The notes under the pieces are model-generated. The model was not told where the DNA came from. It did not search any database and saw nothing but the letters and a program-made list of their open reading frames with translations. A DNA stretch of 64,000 nt from Defluviicoccus sp. (lineage in GTDB: Bacteria; Pseudomonadota; Alphaproteobacteria; MPNO01), in NCBI GenBank assembly GCA_028820505.1, contig JAPPIT010000058.1, positions 2,287-66,286 of the forward strand, in the 5' to 3' direction. Below, one piece after another: positions 8,703-21,717 of the stretch (positions are counted from its first letter, which is position 1; the number at the start of each line of letters is the position of its first letter). A program made the position numbers and the translations under genes.

Positions 8703-9359
8703 CTAGAAAAGCGGAGACCGGCGGCGGCGGAGGCCGGCGGGTGGGCGGAGGGGGTCGGCGAGGCGCGCCGAGAGCCGCTTCGCGCCCGCGCGCAGCTTCT
8801 GTATCCGCAGCACGTCGGCGAGCCGGCGCCGCAGGAAGGCGCGGGTGAACGCGCCGTCCTCGGAGCGGTCGTCGAGCCAGACCAGAGTCGTCGCGCCCAG
8901 CACCCCGGCGAGCAGGGCGCGCTTGGTGTAGAAGCTGAAATCGTGCGAGCGGTCCCCGGCGGCGCGCCAGATGCGGTCGACGGTGCGGGCGTAACAGGCG
9001 ATCGCGAGCGCCGCGTTCTGGGGCAGTCCGGCGAAGGCGACGCCGCGCCGGACCGACTCGCGATAGGGCTCCATCGCCCCGAGCCGCGCCAGCACCGCCC
9101 GCTCCACCCGTTCGCTGAGCCTGGGCCGGCGGGCGCCGCCGGCCTCCAGCGCCTCCGCCATCCGCGCATCCGCCCAGTCGTTGAAGGCCCGGAACAGCTC
9201 GCGCGGGCCGCCGCGCAGGAGGCGCCGCGCCTCGACCTCGTCGATGCCCGCCTCCGCCGCGCCCGCCCGGATCGCGGCCGGGACCCATCCCTCGGACGCG
9301 GCATGGCGCACCGCGGCGAGAACCAGCCGGTCGCGGAGATCGTCGCCCTGTCCCGCCAT
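8703..9359 (-). CDS. COQ9 family protein (rpsU-divergently-transcribed protein family)
   Basis: Start taken at MAGQGDDLRDRL. The conserved blocks EGWVPAAIRAGAAEAG and FYTKRALLAGVLGATTLVWLDD match COQ9-like proteins of alphaproteobacteria. Confidence 0.6.
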   Translation of the reverse strand: MAGQGDDLRDRLVLAAVRHAASEGWVPAAIRAGAAEAGIDEVEARRLLRGGPRELFRAFNDWADARMAEALEAGGARRPRLSERVERAVLARLGAMEPYRESVRRGVAFAGLPQNAALAIACYARTVDRIWRAAGDRSHDFSFYTKRALLAGVLGATTLVWLDDRSEDGAFTRAFLRRRLADVLRIQKLRAGAKRLSARLADPLRPPAGLRRRRSPLF

Positions 9360-9367
9360 CGGACCGC

Positions 9368-9916
9368 TCACCCCTCGGCCCGCGCGGCCTCGGCGAAATG
9401 GCGCATCTCGTCCGAGAAGGCCAGCATGCGCAAATCGTTCATCCGCATCGTGTAGAGAATGCCGTCGAGATGGTCGATCTCGTGCTGGACCACGCGGGCG
9501 TGGAAGCCGCGCGCCTCGCGCTCCACCGCCCGCCCGTCGGGCGCGGTGCCGCGATAGCGGATGCGGGCGTGGCGCGGCACGGCGCCGGTAAGGCCCGGGA
9601 TCGAGAGGCACCCCTCCCAGCCGAGCTCGATCTCCTCGCCCACCGGCTCGAAGGCCGGGTTGACCAGGGCGGTCAGCGGCGCCCCGGCATCCTCCGGCCC
9701 GTCCGGCCCGGCCCGTTCGGCGGGCGCCTTGAACACGATCACCCGGCGGCTCACATGGACCTGCGGCGCGGCGAGCCCGACGCCGCTGGCGTCCTCCATG
9801 GTCTCGACCATGTCGTCGACCAGGCGGCGGATCTCGCGCGCGGTGGGGTCGGCGACCGGCTCGGCCTCCGCGAGCAGCACCGGATGGCCCATGCGGGCGA
9901 TCTTCAACAGCGTCAT
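9368..9916 (-). CDS. def: peptide deformylase
   Basis: GVGLAAPQ, EGCLSIP and QHEIDHLDG motifs. Confidence 0.9.
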   Translation of the reverse strand: MTLLKIARMGHPVLLAEAEPVADPTAREIRRLVDDMVETMEDASGVGLAAPQVHVSRRVIVFKAPAERAGPDGPEDAGAPLTALVNPAFEPVGEEIELGWEGCLSIPGLTGAVPRHARIRYRGTAPDGRAVEREARGFHARVVQHEIDHLDGILYTMRMNDLRMLAFSDEMRHFAEAARAEG

Positions 9917-10031
9917 GGGACTAATATCGTTCCGACGGGCATGAAGGTAAACCGCCGCCCGCTCGGTTGACGGGGCGCGGCGGGCGGGCTAAAAGCCGGT
10001 CCCCATCCGAACCAGGCAACGGGTACGACCG

Positions 10032-10295
10032 ATGGCGAACATCAAATCGGCCAAAAAGCGGACGCGCCGCAACGCCCGCCGCGCCGACATCAACGGCGCC
10101 CGCCGCGGCCGTGTCCGGACCTACGTGAAGAAGGTCGAGGCCGCGCTCGCCGACAACGACAGAGAGGCGGCCGAAGCGGCGCTCAAGGAGGCCCAGCCCG
10201 AGCTGATGCGCGGTGTCGGCAAGGGGATCCTCCACCGCAACACCGCCGCCCGGAAAATCGCCAGGCTGAACGCACGGCTCAAGACGCTCGGCTAG
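10032..10295 (+). CDS. rpsT: 30S ribosomal protein S20
   Basis: [17 protein letters not shown]...[13 protein letters not shown]. Confidence 0.95.
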   Translation: MANIKSAKKRTRRNARRADINGARRGRVRTYVKKVEAALADNDREAAEAALKEAQPELMRGVGKGILHRNTAARKIARLNARLKTLG

Positions 10296-10846
10296 AGCCG
10301 AGGAAAACCCCGCGCCGCCGCCGCCCCACCCTCCCCCAACCCCTCCCGCAAGCGGGAGGGGAGAGAGTACGGAGGGGTCGCCAAGCGAGTCCTCTCCCCC
10401 GCGAACCCGGCGCTTCGAACTATCCCCGATATCCACAGCCCGGAGCGGCAGAGACCGGCGACGCCCGGCCGATTTCCGGCGTCGGGGCGGTCCGGGGGGC
10501 GACTTTTTTCTGCAATAATCGGTTCCGGCGGCCAAGACGGCATTGCGCGATCCGTCCGGGGCGGCTACTGTTTTGAGGCAGGGCAGCGTGGGGGTGTCCT
10601 CGGAACAATAAAAACCCGGCAGGACATTCCCAATACTTGCGAATTCTACGAATTACTATCGCATCGTGGGACTAATACCTGACGACGGACGGCTCTTTAT
10701 TTCCTCGCGTGAGGCGGGGCTGACTTTGAGGCCAGGGTGGGCGGATTGAAATCGCTGAGGGGAGACAGGCCTCGAACCGGAACGGCGGACGCCCGCGCGT
10801 TCGCCGCAAATCCCGCGAACGAATCCTGAATCCGGCGGGGACGAAG
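10296..10846. promoter_or_regulatory. rpsT-dnaA intergenic region: dnaA promoter region and candidate DnaA-box/DUE segment
   Basis: 550-bp gap directly upstream of dnaA. A DnaA-box-like gatatccacag lies at 10429-10439. An AT-rich patch at about 10600-10700 contrasts with the 68% GC background. Confidence 0.3.
10340..10361 (+). terminator. stem-loop cccctcccgcaagcgggagggg downstream of rpsT
   Basis: Perfect 9-bp GC stem with a 4-nt loop 45 bp after the rpsT stop. There is no T-run. It belongs to the same GGGAGGGG hairpin family seen at 822-840. Confidence 0.35.
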
Positions 10847-12259
10847 ATGGATTCGCGGATTTCTGCGCAATGGGCACGGGTCAGGGGATTGCTTCGCGCC
10901 GAGGTCGGGGATTCGTCCTATCGCAGCTGGCTCAAGCCGCTGACGCTGCTCGGCGTCGACGGGAACGCGGTGCGCATCGCGACGCCGACCCGCTTCATGC
11001 GCGACTACGTGAACGAGAATTTCGCCAAGCGCATCCTCGAGCTCTGGACCGACGAGAACGACGCGATCGAGACGCTCGACATCGAGATCCAGGCCGAGCC
11101 GGCGAAGCGCGAGCGCAAGCGGAGGGCCGCGACGCCGGCCCGGCCCTCGCCGCAGGCACCCGAACCGGCCGACGAGGCGCCCGCCGCGGCCGCGGCGAGC
11201 TCCGGCCGCGCCGCGTCCGAACGCAACGGGGGGGACATCGGCGGCCCGCTCGATCCGCGTTTCGTCTTCGACAACTTCGTCGTGGGCAAGCCCAACGAGC
11301 TCGCCTATGCGGCGGCGCGCCGGGTGGCGGAATCGCCGACCGCCACCTACAACCCGCTCTTCCTCTATGGCGGGGTCGGGCTCGGCAAGACGCATTTGAT
11401 GCATGCGATCGGCTGGCACATCCGCGGGCGGCATTCCAACCGCCGCGTGGTCTACCTGTCGGCCGAGAAGTTCATGTACCAGTTCATCCGGGCGCTGCGT
11501 TTCCAGGACACGATGGCGTTCAAGGAGCAGTTCCGCTCGGTCGACGTGCTGATGATCGACGACGTCCAGTTCATCAACGGCAAGGAAAACACCCAGGAGG
11601 AATTCTTCCATACTTTCAACGACCTGGTCGGAAACAACCGGCAGGTCGTGGTGTCGGCGGACAAGTCGCCGTCCGACCTCGAGGGCATGGAGGAGCGGCT
11701 TCGTTCGCGCCTCGGCTGGGGGCTGGTGGCCGACATCCACGGGACCACCACCGAGCTCAGGGTCGGCATCCTGCAATCCAAGGCGGAACATCTCGGCGTC
11801 GCGGTTCCGCCCAAGGTGCTCGAATTCCTCGCCCACAAGATCACCGCCTCGGTGCGCGAGCTGGAAGGCGCGCTCAACCGCATCGTCGCCCATTCGACCC
11901 TGGTCGGGCGCGACATCACGCTGGAGACCTGCCAGGAGGTGCTGCAGGACCTGCTGCGCGCGCATGAGCGGCGCGTGACGATCGAGGAGATCCAGAAGCG
12001 GGTGGCGGAACATTTCAACATCCGCTTCGCCGACATGCATTCGGCCCGGCGGTCGCGCGCGGTGGCGCGGCCCCGCCAGGTGGCGATGTATCTTTCCAAG
12101 CATCTCACCTCGCGGTCGCTGCCGGAGATCGGCCGGAAGTTCGGCGGGCGCGATCACACGACCGTCATGTACGCCGTGCAGAAGGTCGAGGACCTGCGGC
12201 AGGCCGACCCCAGCTTCGACGAGGACGTGGAGCTGCTCCGCCGGATGCTGGAAGCCTAG
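10847..12259 (+). CDS. dnaA: chromosomal replication initiator protein
   Basis: AAA+ Walker A GGVGLGKTHL, the sensor region, and the C-terminal DnaA-box binding HTH RQVAMYLSKHLTSRSLPEIGRKFGGRDHTTVMYA. Confidence 0.95.
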   Translation: MDSRISAQWARVRGLLRAEVGDSSYRSWLKPLTLLGVDGNAVRIATPTRFMRDYVNENFAKRILELWTDENDAIETLDIEIQAEPAKRERKRRAATPARPSPQAPEPADEAPAAAAASSGRAASERNGGDIGGPLDPRFVFDNFVVGKPNELAYAAARRVAESPTATYNPLFLYGGVGLGKTHLMHAIGWHIRGRHSNRRVVYLSAEKFMYQFIRALRFQDTMAFKEQFRSVDVLMIDDVQFINGKENTQEEFFHTFNDLVGNNRQVVVSADKSPSDLEGMEERLRSRLGWGLVADIHGTTTELRVGILQSKAEHLGVAVPPKVLEFLAHKITASVRELEGALNRIVAHSTLVGRDITLETCQEVLQDLLRAHERRVTIEEIQKRVAEHFNIRFADMHSARRSRAVARPRQVAMYLSKHLTSRSLPEIGRKFGGRDHTTVMYAVQKVEDLRQADPSFDEDVELLRRMLEA

Positions 12260-12459
12260 AACGGCGTCGTTTCCGGCATCCCGTTCCGCCGCGCCGAGCC
12301 CTTGATTCTTCCCATTGCAGCAACAGGTTGTGCTATAGTGGCGACGGTGCGCGCGGCGCTTCGTTCGGGGCGCATTGGAGGCGCCGGACGCCACCCGCCG
12401 GTTCGGCGGAACACGCCTTGTCCGGAAGGAGAAACTCCTCAATCGGGGATCCCGGGACG

Positions 12460-13578
12460 ATGAAGCTCACGATCGAACGCGGGGCGTTGTTGCGGTCGCT
12501 GCAGCACGCCCAGGGCGTCATCGAGCGGCGCACGACGATACCGATCCTGTCGAACGTGCTGCTCAACGCGGACGGGGCGACGCTGTCGCTGACCGCCACC
12601 GACATGGATATCGCCATCGTCGAGCGGGTGCCCTGCACGGTGGCCCAGCCGGGCGCGACGACGGTGCCGGCGCAGACCCTGTTCGACGTGGTCCGCAAGC
12701 TGCCCGAGGGCGCCGAGCTGGAGATCGCCAGCGGCGGCGAGCAGAACCAGCTGATGGTGCGCTGCGGCCGGTCGCGGATTTCGCTCGCCACACTGCCGAG
12801 CGAGGATTTCCCGGTGATGGCCGAGGGCGACCTGCCGCACGCCTTCGTCATCGGCGCGCAGGCGCTGCGCGAGATCATCGACCGCACGCGCTTCGCGATG
12901 TCGTCGGAGGAGACCCGCTACTACCTCAACGGCGTCTACATGCACCCCGCGGACGGCGAGGACGGGGCGAAGCTCCGGATCGTCGCCACCGACGGGCACC
13001 GCCTCGCTCGGGTCGAGCTGGCGCTGCCCGAAGGGGCCGCCGAGATGCCCGGCGTGATCGTCCCGCGCAAGACCGTGGGCGAGGTCCGCAAGCTGATCGA
13101 CGACGGCGAGGACGAGGTCGCGATAACGCTGTCGGACACCAAGATCCGCGTCGCGGTCGAATCCACGGTCCTCACCTCCAAGCTGATCGACGGCACGTTC
13201 CCGGATTACGACCGCGTCATCCCGTTCGCCAACGACAAGACGCTGCAGGTCGATCCGAGGAACTTCGCCAAGGCGGTCGACCTGGTCTCGACCATCGCGA
13301 CCGAGAAGACCCGGGCGATCAAGCTCAGCCTCGACAACGGCTCGCTCGTCCTGTCCGCCTCGAGCCCCGAAGCGGGCAGCGCCGAGGAACAGCTCGAGGT
13401 GGAATACGCCGACGGGCCGCTCGAGATCGGTTTCAACTCGCGCTACCTGCTCGACATCGCCCAGCTCATCGGCGACGACGGCGCCAGGTTCATGCTCTCG
13501 GACGGGGCCTCGCCGACGCTGGTCCGCGACAACGCGGATCCCGGCGCGCTCTACGTCCTGATGCCGATGCGCGTTTGA
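12460..13578 (+). CDS. dnaN: DNA polymerase III beta sliding clamp
   Basis: MKLTIERGALLRSLQHAQGVIERRTTIPILSNVLL and a three-domain clamp length of 372 aa. Follows dnaA. Confidence 0.95.
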   Translation: MKLTIERGALLRSLQHAQGVIERRTTIPILSNVLLNADGATLSLTATDMDIAIVERVPCTVAQPGATTVPAQTLFDVVRKLPEGAELEIASGGEQNQLMVRCGRSRISLATLPSEDFPVMAEGDLPHAFVIGAQALREIIDRTRFAMSSEETRYYLNGVYMHPADGEDGAKLRIVATDGHRLARVELALPEGAAEMPGVIVPRKTVGEVRKLIDDGEDEVAITLSDTKIRVAVESTVLTSKLIDGTFPDYDRVIPFANDKTLQVDPRNFAKAVDLVSTIATEKTRAIKLSLDNGSLVLSASSPEAGSAEEQLEVEYADGPLEIGFNSRYLLDIAQLIGDDGARFMLSDGASPTLVRDNADPGALYVLMPMRV

Positions 13579-13628
13579 CCCTTCGCGCGCGGGAAACGCT
13601 GGAGAACGCATACGCGGGGGCGGCAACC

Positions 13629-17755
<4,127 letters not shown>

Positions 17756-17759
17756 CGGC

Positions 17760-19631
17760 TCAACCCGTCCCGCCGCGTTCAAGCGCCTCGGACGCGGCGA
17801 ACCAGTCGCCTTCGGCCGCGGCTTCCGCCCGTTTCGCGTCGGCCAGCTCCCTCCCGAGGGCGGCGATCCTCCCGGCGTCGTCCTCCCGCGCGGCGGCGGC
17901 AAGTGCCGCGTGGAGCGACCTCTGGGCCTCCTGGGCGCGCGCGATCCGGCTCTCCGCCGCGGCCACCGCATCCCTGAGAGGCTTCCGCCTGTCGCGGTCG
18001 GCCGCCGCCGCCCGCCGGGCCGCCTTGCGGACGGAGGGCGGCCGGGCCGAGCCGTCGGTCCGCCGCGAACCGGCGCCGTCGAGGATCTCGGCCCGGTAAT
18101 CGGCGAGATCGCCGTCATAGGGCCGCACCGTGCCGTCCCGGACGAGCCACAGCCGGTCGGCCACGAGCTGGACGAGGTGCATGTCGTGCGCGATCAGCAC
18201 CACCGCGCCGGCGAATTCCTGGAGCGCATCGACCAGTACGCGGCGGCTCTCGATATCGAGATGGTTGGTCGGCTCGTCGAGCACCAGCAATTGCGGCGAC
18301 CGGCCGGTGATCAGCGCGAGGTTGAGCCGCGCCTTCTCGCCGCCGGAAAGCGAGGCGACCGGCACGTCCGCCTTCTCGCCGCCGAAGCCGAAGGCGCCGA
18401 GCCGGGCGCGCACGCGCTCGGGCAGGGCATCGGGCATGAGGGGCGCGAGGTGGGCGAACGCCGTCTCGGCCGGCCGCAGCGTATCGATCTGGTGCTGCGC
18501 GAAATAGCCGACCGCGAGGTTGCGCGCCCGCGTCGCCGTTCCCCGCTCCGGCGGCAGGAGGTCCGCGAGCAGCCTCGCGAAGGTGGACTTGCCGTTGCCG
18601 TTGGCGCCGAGCAGCGCGATCCGTTCGTCCGGGTCGATCCGGAGGTTCAGGTTTCGCAGCACCGGACGGCCGGGCTCGTAGCCGACGGCAACGTCCTCGA
18701 AGGTCACGAGCGGCGGCTTGAGCCCGTCGGGCTCGGGAAACGTCAGCCCGGCGGTGTGCTCGTCCGCCAGGACGGGCATATCGGCGAGCTTCTGGAGCGC
18801 CTTCACGCGGCTCTGCGCCTGGCGCGCCTTGCTCGCGTTGTAGCGGAAGCGGTCGACGAAGCCCCGGAGCCGGCGCCGTCTCGCGTCGATCCGGGCCTGC
18901 TGCGCCCTGGTGGCCGCCACGCGCTCGGCATGGGTCTTCGCGAAGCTTGTGTAGTTGCCGGGATAGAAGGTCAGACCCCCGCCCGCCATGTGGAGAATGC
19001 CGTCCGGCACCGCGTCGAGCAGGTCCCGGTCGTGGCTGACCAGCACCACGGACCGCGGATAGCGTTTCAGATGGGATTCCAGCCACATGGCGGCTTCGAG
19101 ATCGAGATGGTTGGTCGGTTCGTCGAGCAGCAGCAGGTCGGGCTCGGCGAACAGCGCGGCGGCGAGCGCGACCCGCATGCGCCAGCCGCCGGAGAGGCTG
19201 GAGAGCGGCATCCGCTGCATCGCCTCGTCGACGCCGAGCCCGGCGAGCAGCCGCGCGGCCCGCGCCGGCGCGGCGTGGGCGCCGATCTCCGCCAGCCGGG
19301 CCTCGATCCCGGCGCGGTCCACGCCCCCGGCGCTCTCCGCCTCCTCCATCAGGACGGCGCGTTCCCCGTCGGCGGCGAGCACCGCGGCGCGCGGGGTTTG
19401 CGGACCGCCCGGCACCTCCTGATCGACCAGCCGCACCGAAAGGCCGCGCGCGCGGACGATCCTGCCCTCGTCCGGCTCCAGCCGGCCCGCGACGAGACGG
19501 AGCAGGGTCGTCTTGCCGCACCCGTTGCGTCCGACAAGGCCGAGCCTGCGGCGCGCGCCGATCTGCGCGCTCACGCCCCCGAAGAGGAGGCGTCCTTCGA
19601 CGCGGCAGGCGATGTTCTCGAGGGTCAGCAT
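17760..19631 (-). CDS. ABC-F family ATPase (Uup/EttA-like, two ABC domains, no TMD)
   Basis: Two Walker A motifs (GRNGCGKTT, GANGNGKST), two LSGGE/LSGGW signatures, and a C-terminal coiled-coil tail. Confidence 0.85.
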   Translation of the reverse strand: MLTLENIACRVEGRLLFGGVSAQIGARRRLGLVGRNGCGKTTLLRLVAGRLEPDEGRIVRARGLSVRLVDQEVPGGPQTPRAAVLAADGERAVLMEEAESAGGVDRAGIEARLAEIGAHAAPARAARLLAGLGVDEAMQRMPLSSLSGGWRMRVALAAALFAEPDLLLLDEPTNHLDLEAAMWLESHLKRYPRSVVLVSHDRDLLDAVPDGILHMAGGGLTFYPGNYTSFAKTHAERVAATRAQQARIDARRRRLRGFVDRFRYNASKARQAQSRVKALQKLADMPVLADEHTAGLTFPEPDGLKPPLVTFEDVAVGYEPGRPVLRNLNLRIDPDERIALLGANGNGKSTFARLLADLLPPERGTATRARNLAVGYFAQHQIDTLRPAETAFAHLAPLMPDALPERVRARLGAFGFGGEKADVPVASLSGGEKARLNLALITGRSPQLLVLDEPTNHLDIESRRVLVDALQEFAGAVVLIAHDMHLVQLVADRLWLVRDGTVRPYDGDLADYRAEILDGAGSRRTDGSARPPSVRKAARRAAAADRDRRKPLRDAVAAAESRIARAQEAQRSLHAALAAAAREDDAGRIAALGRELADAKRAEAAAEGDWFAASEALERGGTG

Positions 19632-19751
19632 GGGCGGACCGGTAACCGACGGAGAAGCCGGGCTCCGTCATAGTCGCTGCGAATTCGCCGGACAAGCCGT
19701 CGAACGCGCGGAGGATTCGACATCGCCGGCACGCCGGCCGGTCTATGTCCT

Positions 19752-21629
19752 ATGTTTCCCGAGGGTCGAATCCCGCGCCGAACGACGTCCTGGAACACGG
19801 TGGGCATGGCACCGCGCCGAACCGGCAAAGAGAGCGGAAAGGGAGAGGCGAACCGCAAGTCCGGGGGCGCGCGGCGCGGCTGGGTCGCCAGGCTCGCCCG
19901 GTGGGCCCTGGTGCTCGGCATCTGGGTCGGCGTCGCGGTCGCCGGCGCGGTCGCGTGGTACGCCTGGGACCTGCCCGACCTGTCGCGGCTGGAAACGCCG
20001 ACCCGCCGCCCGGCGGTGCTGCTCAGGACCGTCGACGGGGCGGTGCTCGCACGCTACGGCCAGCTCTATGGCGGCGCGGTGCGGTTCGACGAGCTGCCGG
20101 GCTATTTCGTCGAGGCCGTCAGCTCGATCGAGGACCGGCGCTTCTTCGAGCATCCGGGGATCGACGTCTGGGGGATTCTTCGCGCGGCGGTCGCCAACAT
20201 CCGCGCGGGCGAAATCCGTCAGGGCGGCAGCACGCTGACCCAGCAGCTCGCCAAGAACCTGTTCCTCACGCCGGAACGCACGGTCAGGCGCAAGATCCAG
20301 GAGGCGATCGTCGCGTTCTGGCTGGAAGCCCGGTTCTCGAAGCGCCAGATCTTCGAGATCTACATCAACCGGGTCTATTTCGGCTCGGGCGCCTACGGCG
20401 CGGCAGCGGCCGCCCGGCGCTATTTCGGCGGAACGGTGCGCGACCTCTCGCTGTTCGAGGCCGCCGTGCTGGCGGGGCTGCTGAAGGCGCCGTCGCGCTA
20501 TTCGCCGGCGCGGGACGCGGACGCGGCCCGGGCGCGCGGGCTTCGCGTGCTGCGGGCGATGGTCGATGCGGGGAAGCTGACCGAAGTCGAGGCGGAGGCG
20601 GCGCGGCGGACGCCGCTCCGTCTGCGCGAGGAGACCGGAGCCGGCGCGCGCTACTTCGCCGACTGGACGCTGGAACGGGCGGTCGGCCATATCGGACGGA
20701 CGTCGCGGGACGTCGAGATCCGGACCACGCTCGATTCGCGGCTGCAGCGCATCGCCGAACGCCACGCCCGGGGCCTGCTCGCGAAGGCGGAGAAGACCCG
20801 CCGGGTCTCGCAGGTCGCGCTGGTAGCGATGTCGTTCGACGGCGCGGTCCGCGCGATGGTGGGCGGGAAGGTCTATTCGGCGAGCCAGTTCAACCGCGCC
20901 ACCCAGGCGCGGCGCCAGCCGGGCTCGGCGTTCAAGCTGTTCGTCTACCTCGCCGGCCTCGAAGCGGGACTCACGCCGGACAGCGTTTTCGTCGACAGGC
21001 CGATCGGCGTCGCGGGCTGGCGGCCGCGCAACTATGACGGGCGCTTCCACGGCGCGATGCCGCTGGAGCGAGCCTTCGCCAGGTCGATCAACACCGTCGC
21101 GGTGCAGGTCAGCGAGCGCGCGGGCCGCCGCCGGGTGATCGACGCCGCGCGGCGCCTCGGCATCACCACGCCGATCGCGCCCCACCCCTCGCTCGCGCTC
21201 GGCGCCAGCGAGGTGACGCTGATCGAGCTCACCGCGGCCTATGCTTCCGTCGCCAATGGCGGGGTCGCGGTGTGGCCCTGGGGCGTCGCGTCGGTCGATG
21301 CGGTCGGGGGAAAGCGGCTCTACCGGCGGACCGGCGGACCGCAGGCAAGGGTGATCGAGCGGGACCGCGTCCGCGCGCTCGGGCGCATGCTGAGGGAGGC
21401 GGTGCGCACCGGCACCGGCCGCGCGGCGCGGCTTGGCGGGTCCGAGGCCGGCAAGACGGGGACCAGCCAGAGCTTCCGGGACGCGTGGTTCGTCGGGTTC
21501 GCGGGCGACCTGGTGGCCGGGGTCTGGGTCGGCAACGACGACGACCGGCCGATGAAGAAAGTGACCGGCGGCGGCCTGCCGGCGCGCATCTGGCGCGCCT
21601 TCATGCGGGACGCTGCGGCGACCCGCTAG
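19752..21629 (+). CDS. bifunctional peptidoglycan glycosyltransferase/transpeptidase (class A PBP)
   Basis: N-terminal TM helix, GT51 motifs (EDRRFFEHPGID, RQGGSTLTQQLAKN), and transpeptidase SxxK (SAFK) and KTGT motifs. MAPRR at 19806 is an alternative start. Confidence 0.85.
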   Translation: MFPEGRIPRRTTSWNTVGMAPRRTGKESGKGEANRKSGGARRGWVARLARWALVLGIWVGVAVAGAVAWYAWDLPDLSRLETPTRRPAVLLRTVDGAVLARYGQLYGGAVRFDELPGYFVEAVSSIEDRRFFEHPGIDVWGILRAAVANIRAGEIRQGGSTLTQQLAKNLFLTPERTVRRKIQEAIVAFWLEARFSKRQIFEIYINRVYFGSGAYGAAAAARRYFGGTVRDLSLFEAAVLAGLLKAPSRYSPARDADAARARGLRVLRAMVDAGKLTEVEAEAARRTPLRLREETGAGARYFADWTLERAVGHIGRTSRDVEIRTTLDSRLQRIAERHARGLLAKAEKTRRVSQVALVAMSFDGAVRAMVGGKVYSASQFNRATQARRQPGSAFKLFVYLAGLEAGLTPDSVFVDRPIGVAGWRPRNYDGRFHGAMPLERAFARSINTVAVQVSERAGRRRVIDAARRLGITTPIAPHPSLALGASEVTLIELTAAYASVANGGVAVWPWGVASVDAVGGKRLYRRTGGPQARVIERDRVRALGRMLREAVRTGTGRAARLGGSEAGKTGTSQSFRDAWFVGFAGDLVAGVWVGNDDDRPMKKVTGGGLPARIWRAFMRDAAATR

Positions 21630-21717
21630 CCCGGCGCCGCTTCCCATAGCGGCGCGAAGCCCCCATTTTAGCGGCAGCATCACAGGGCCGGGCGGGGCGC
21701 CGTCCGGGAAGAGGTTC

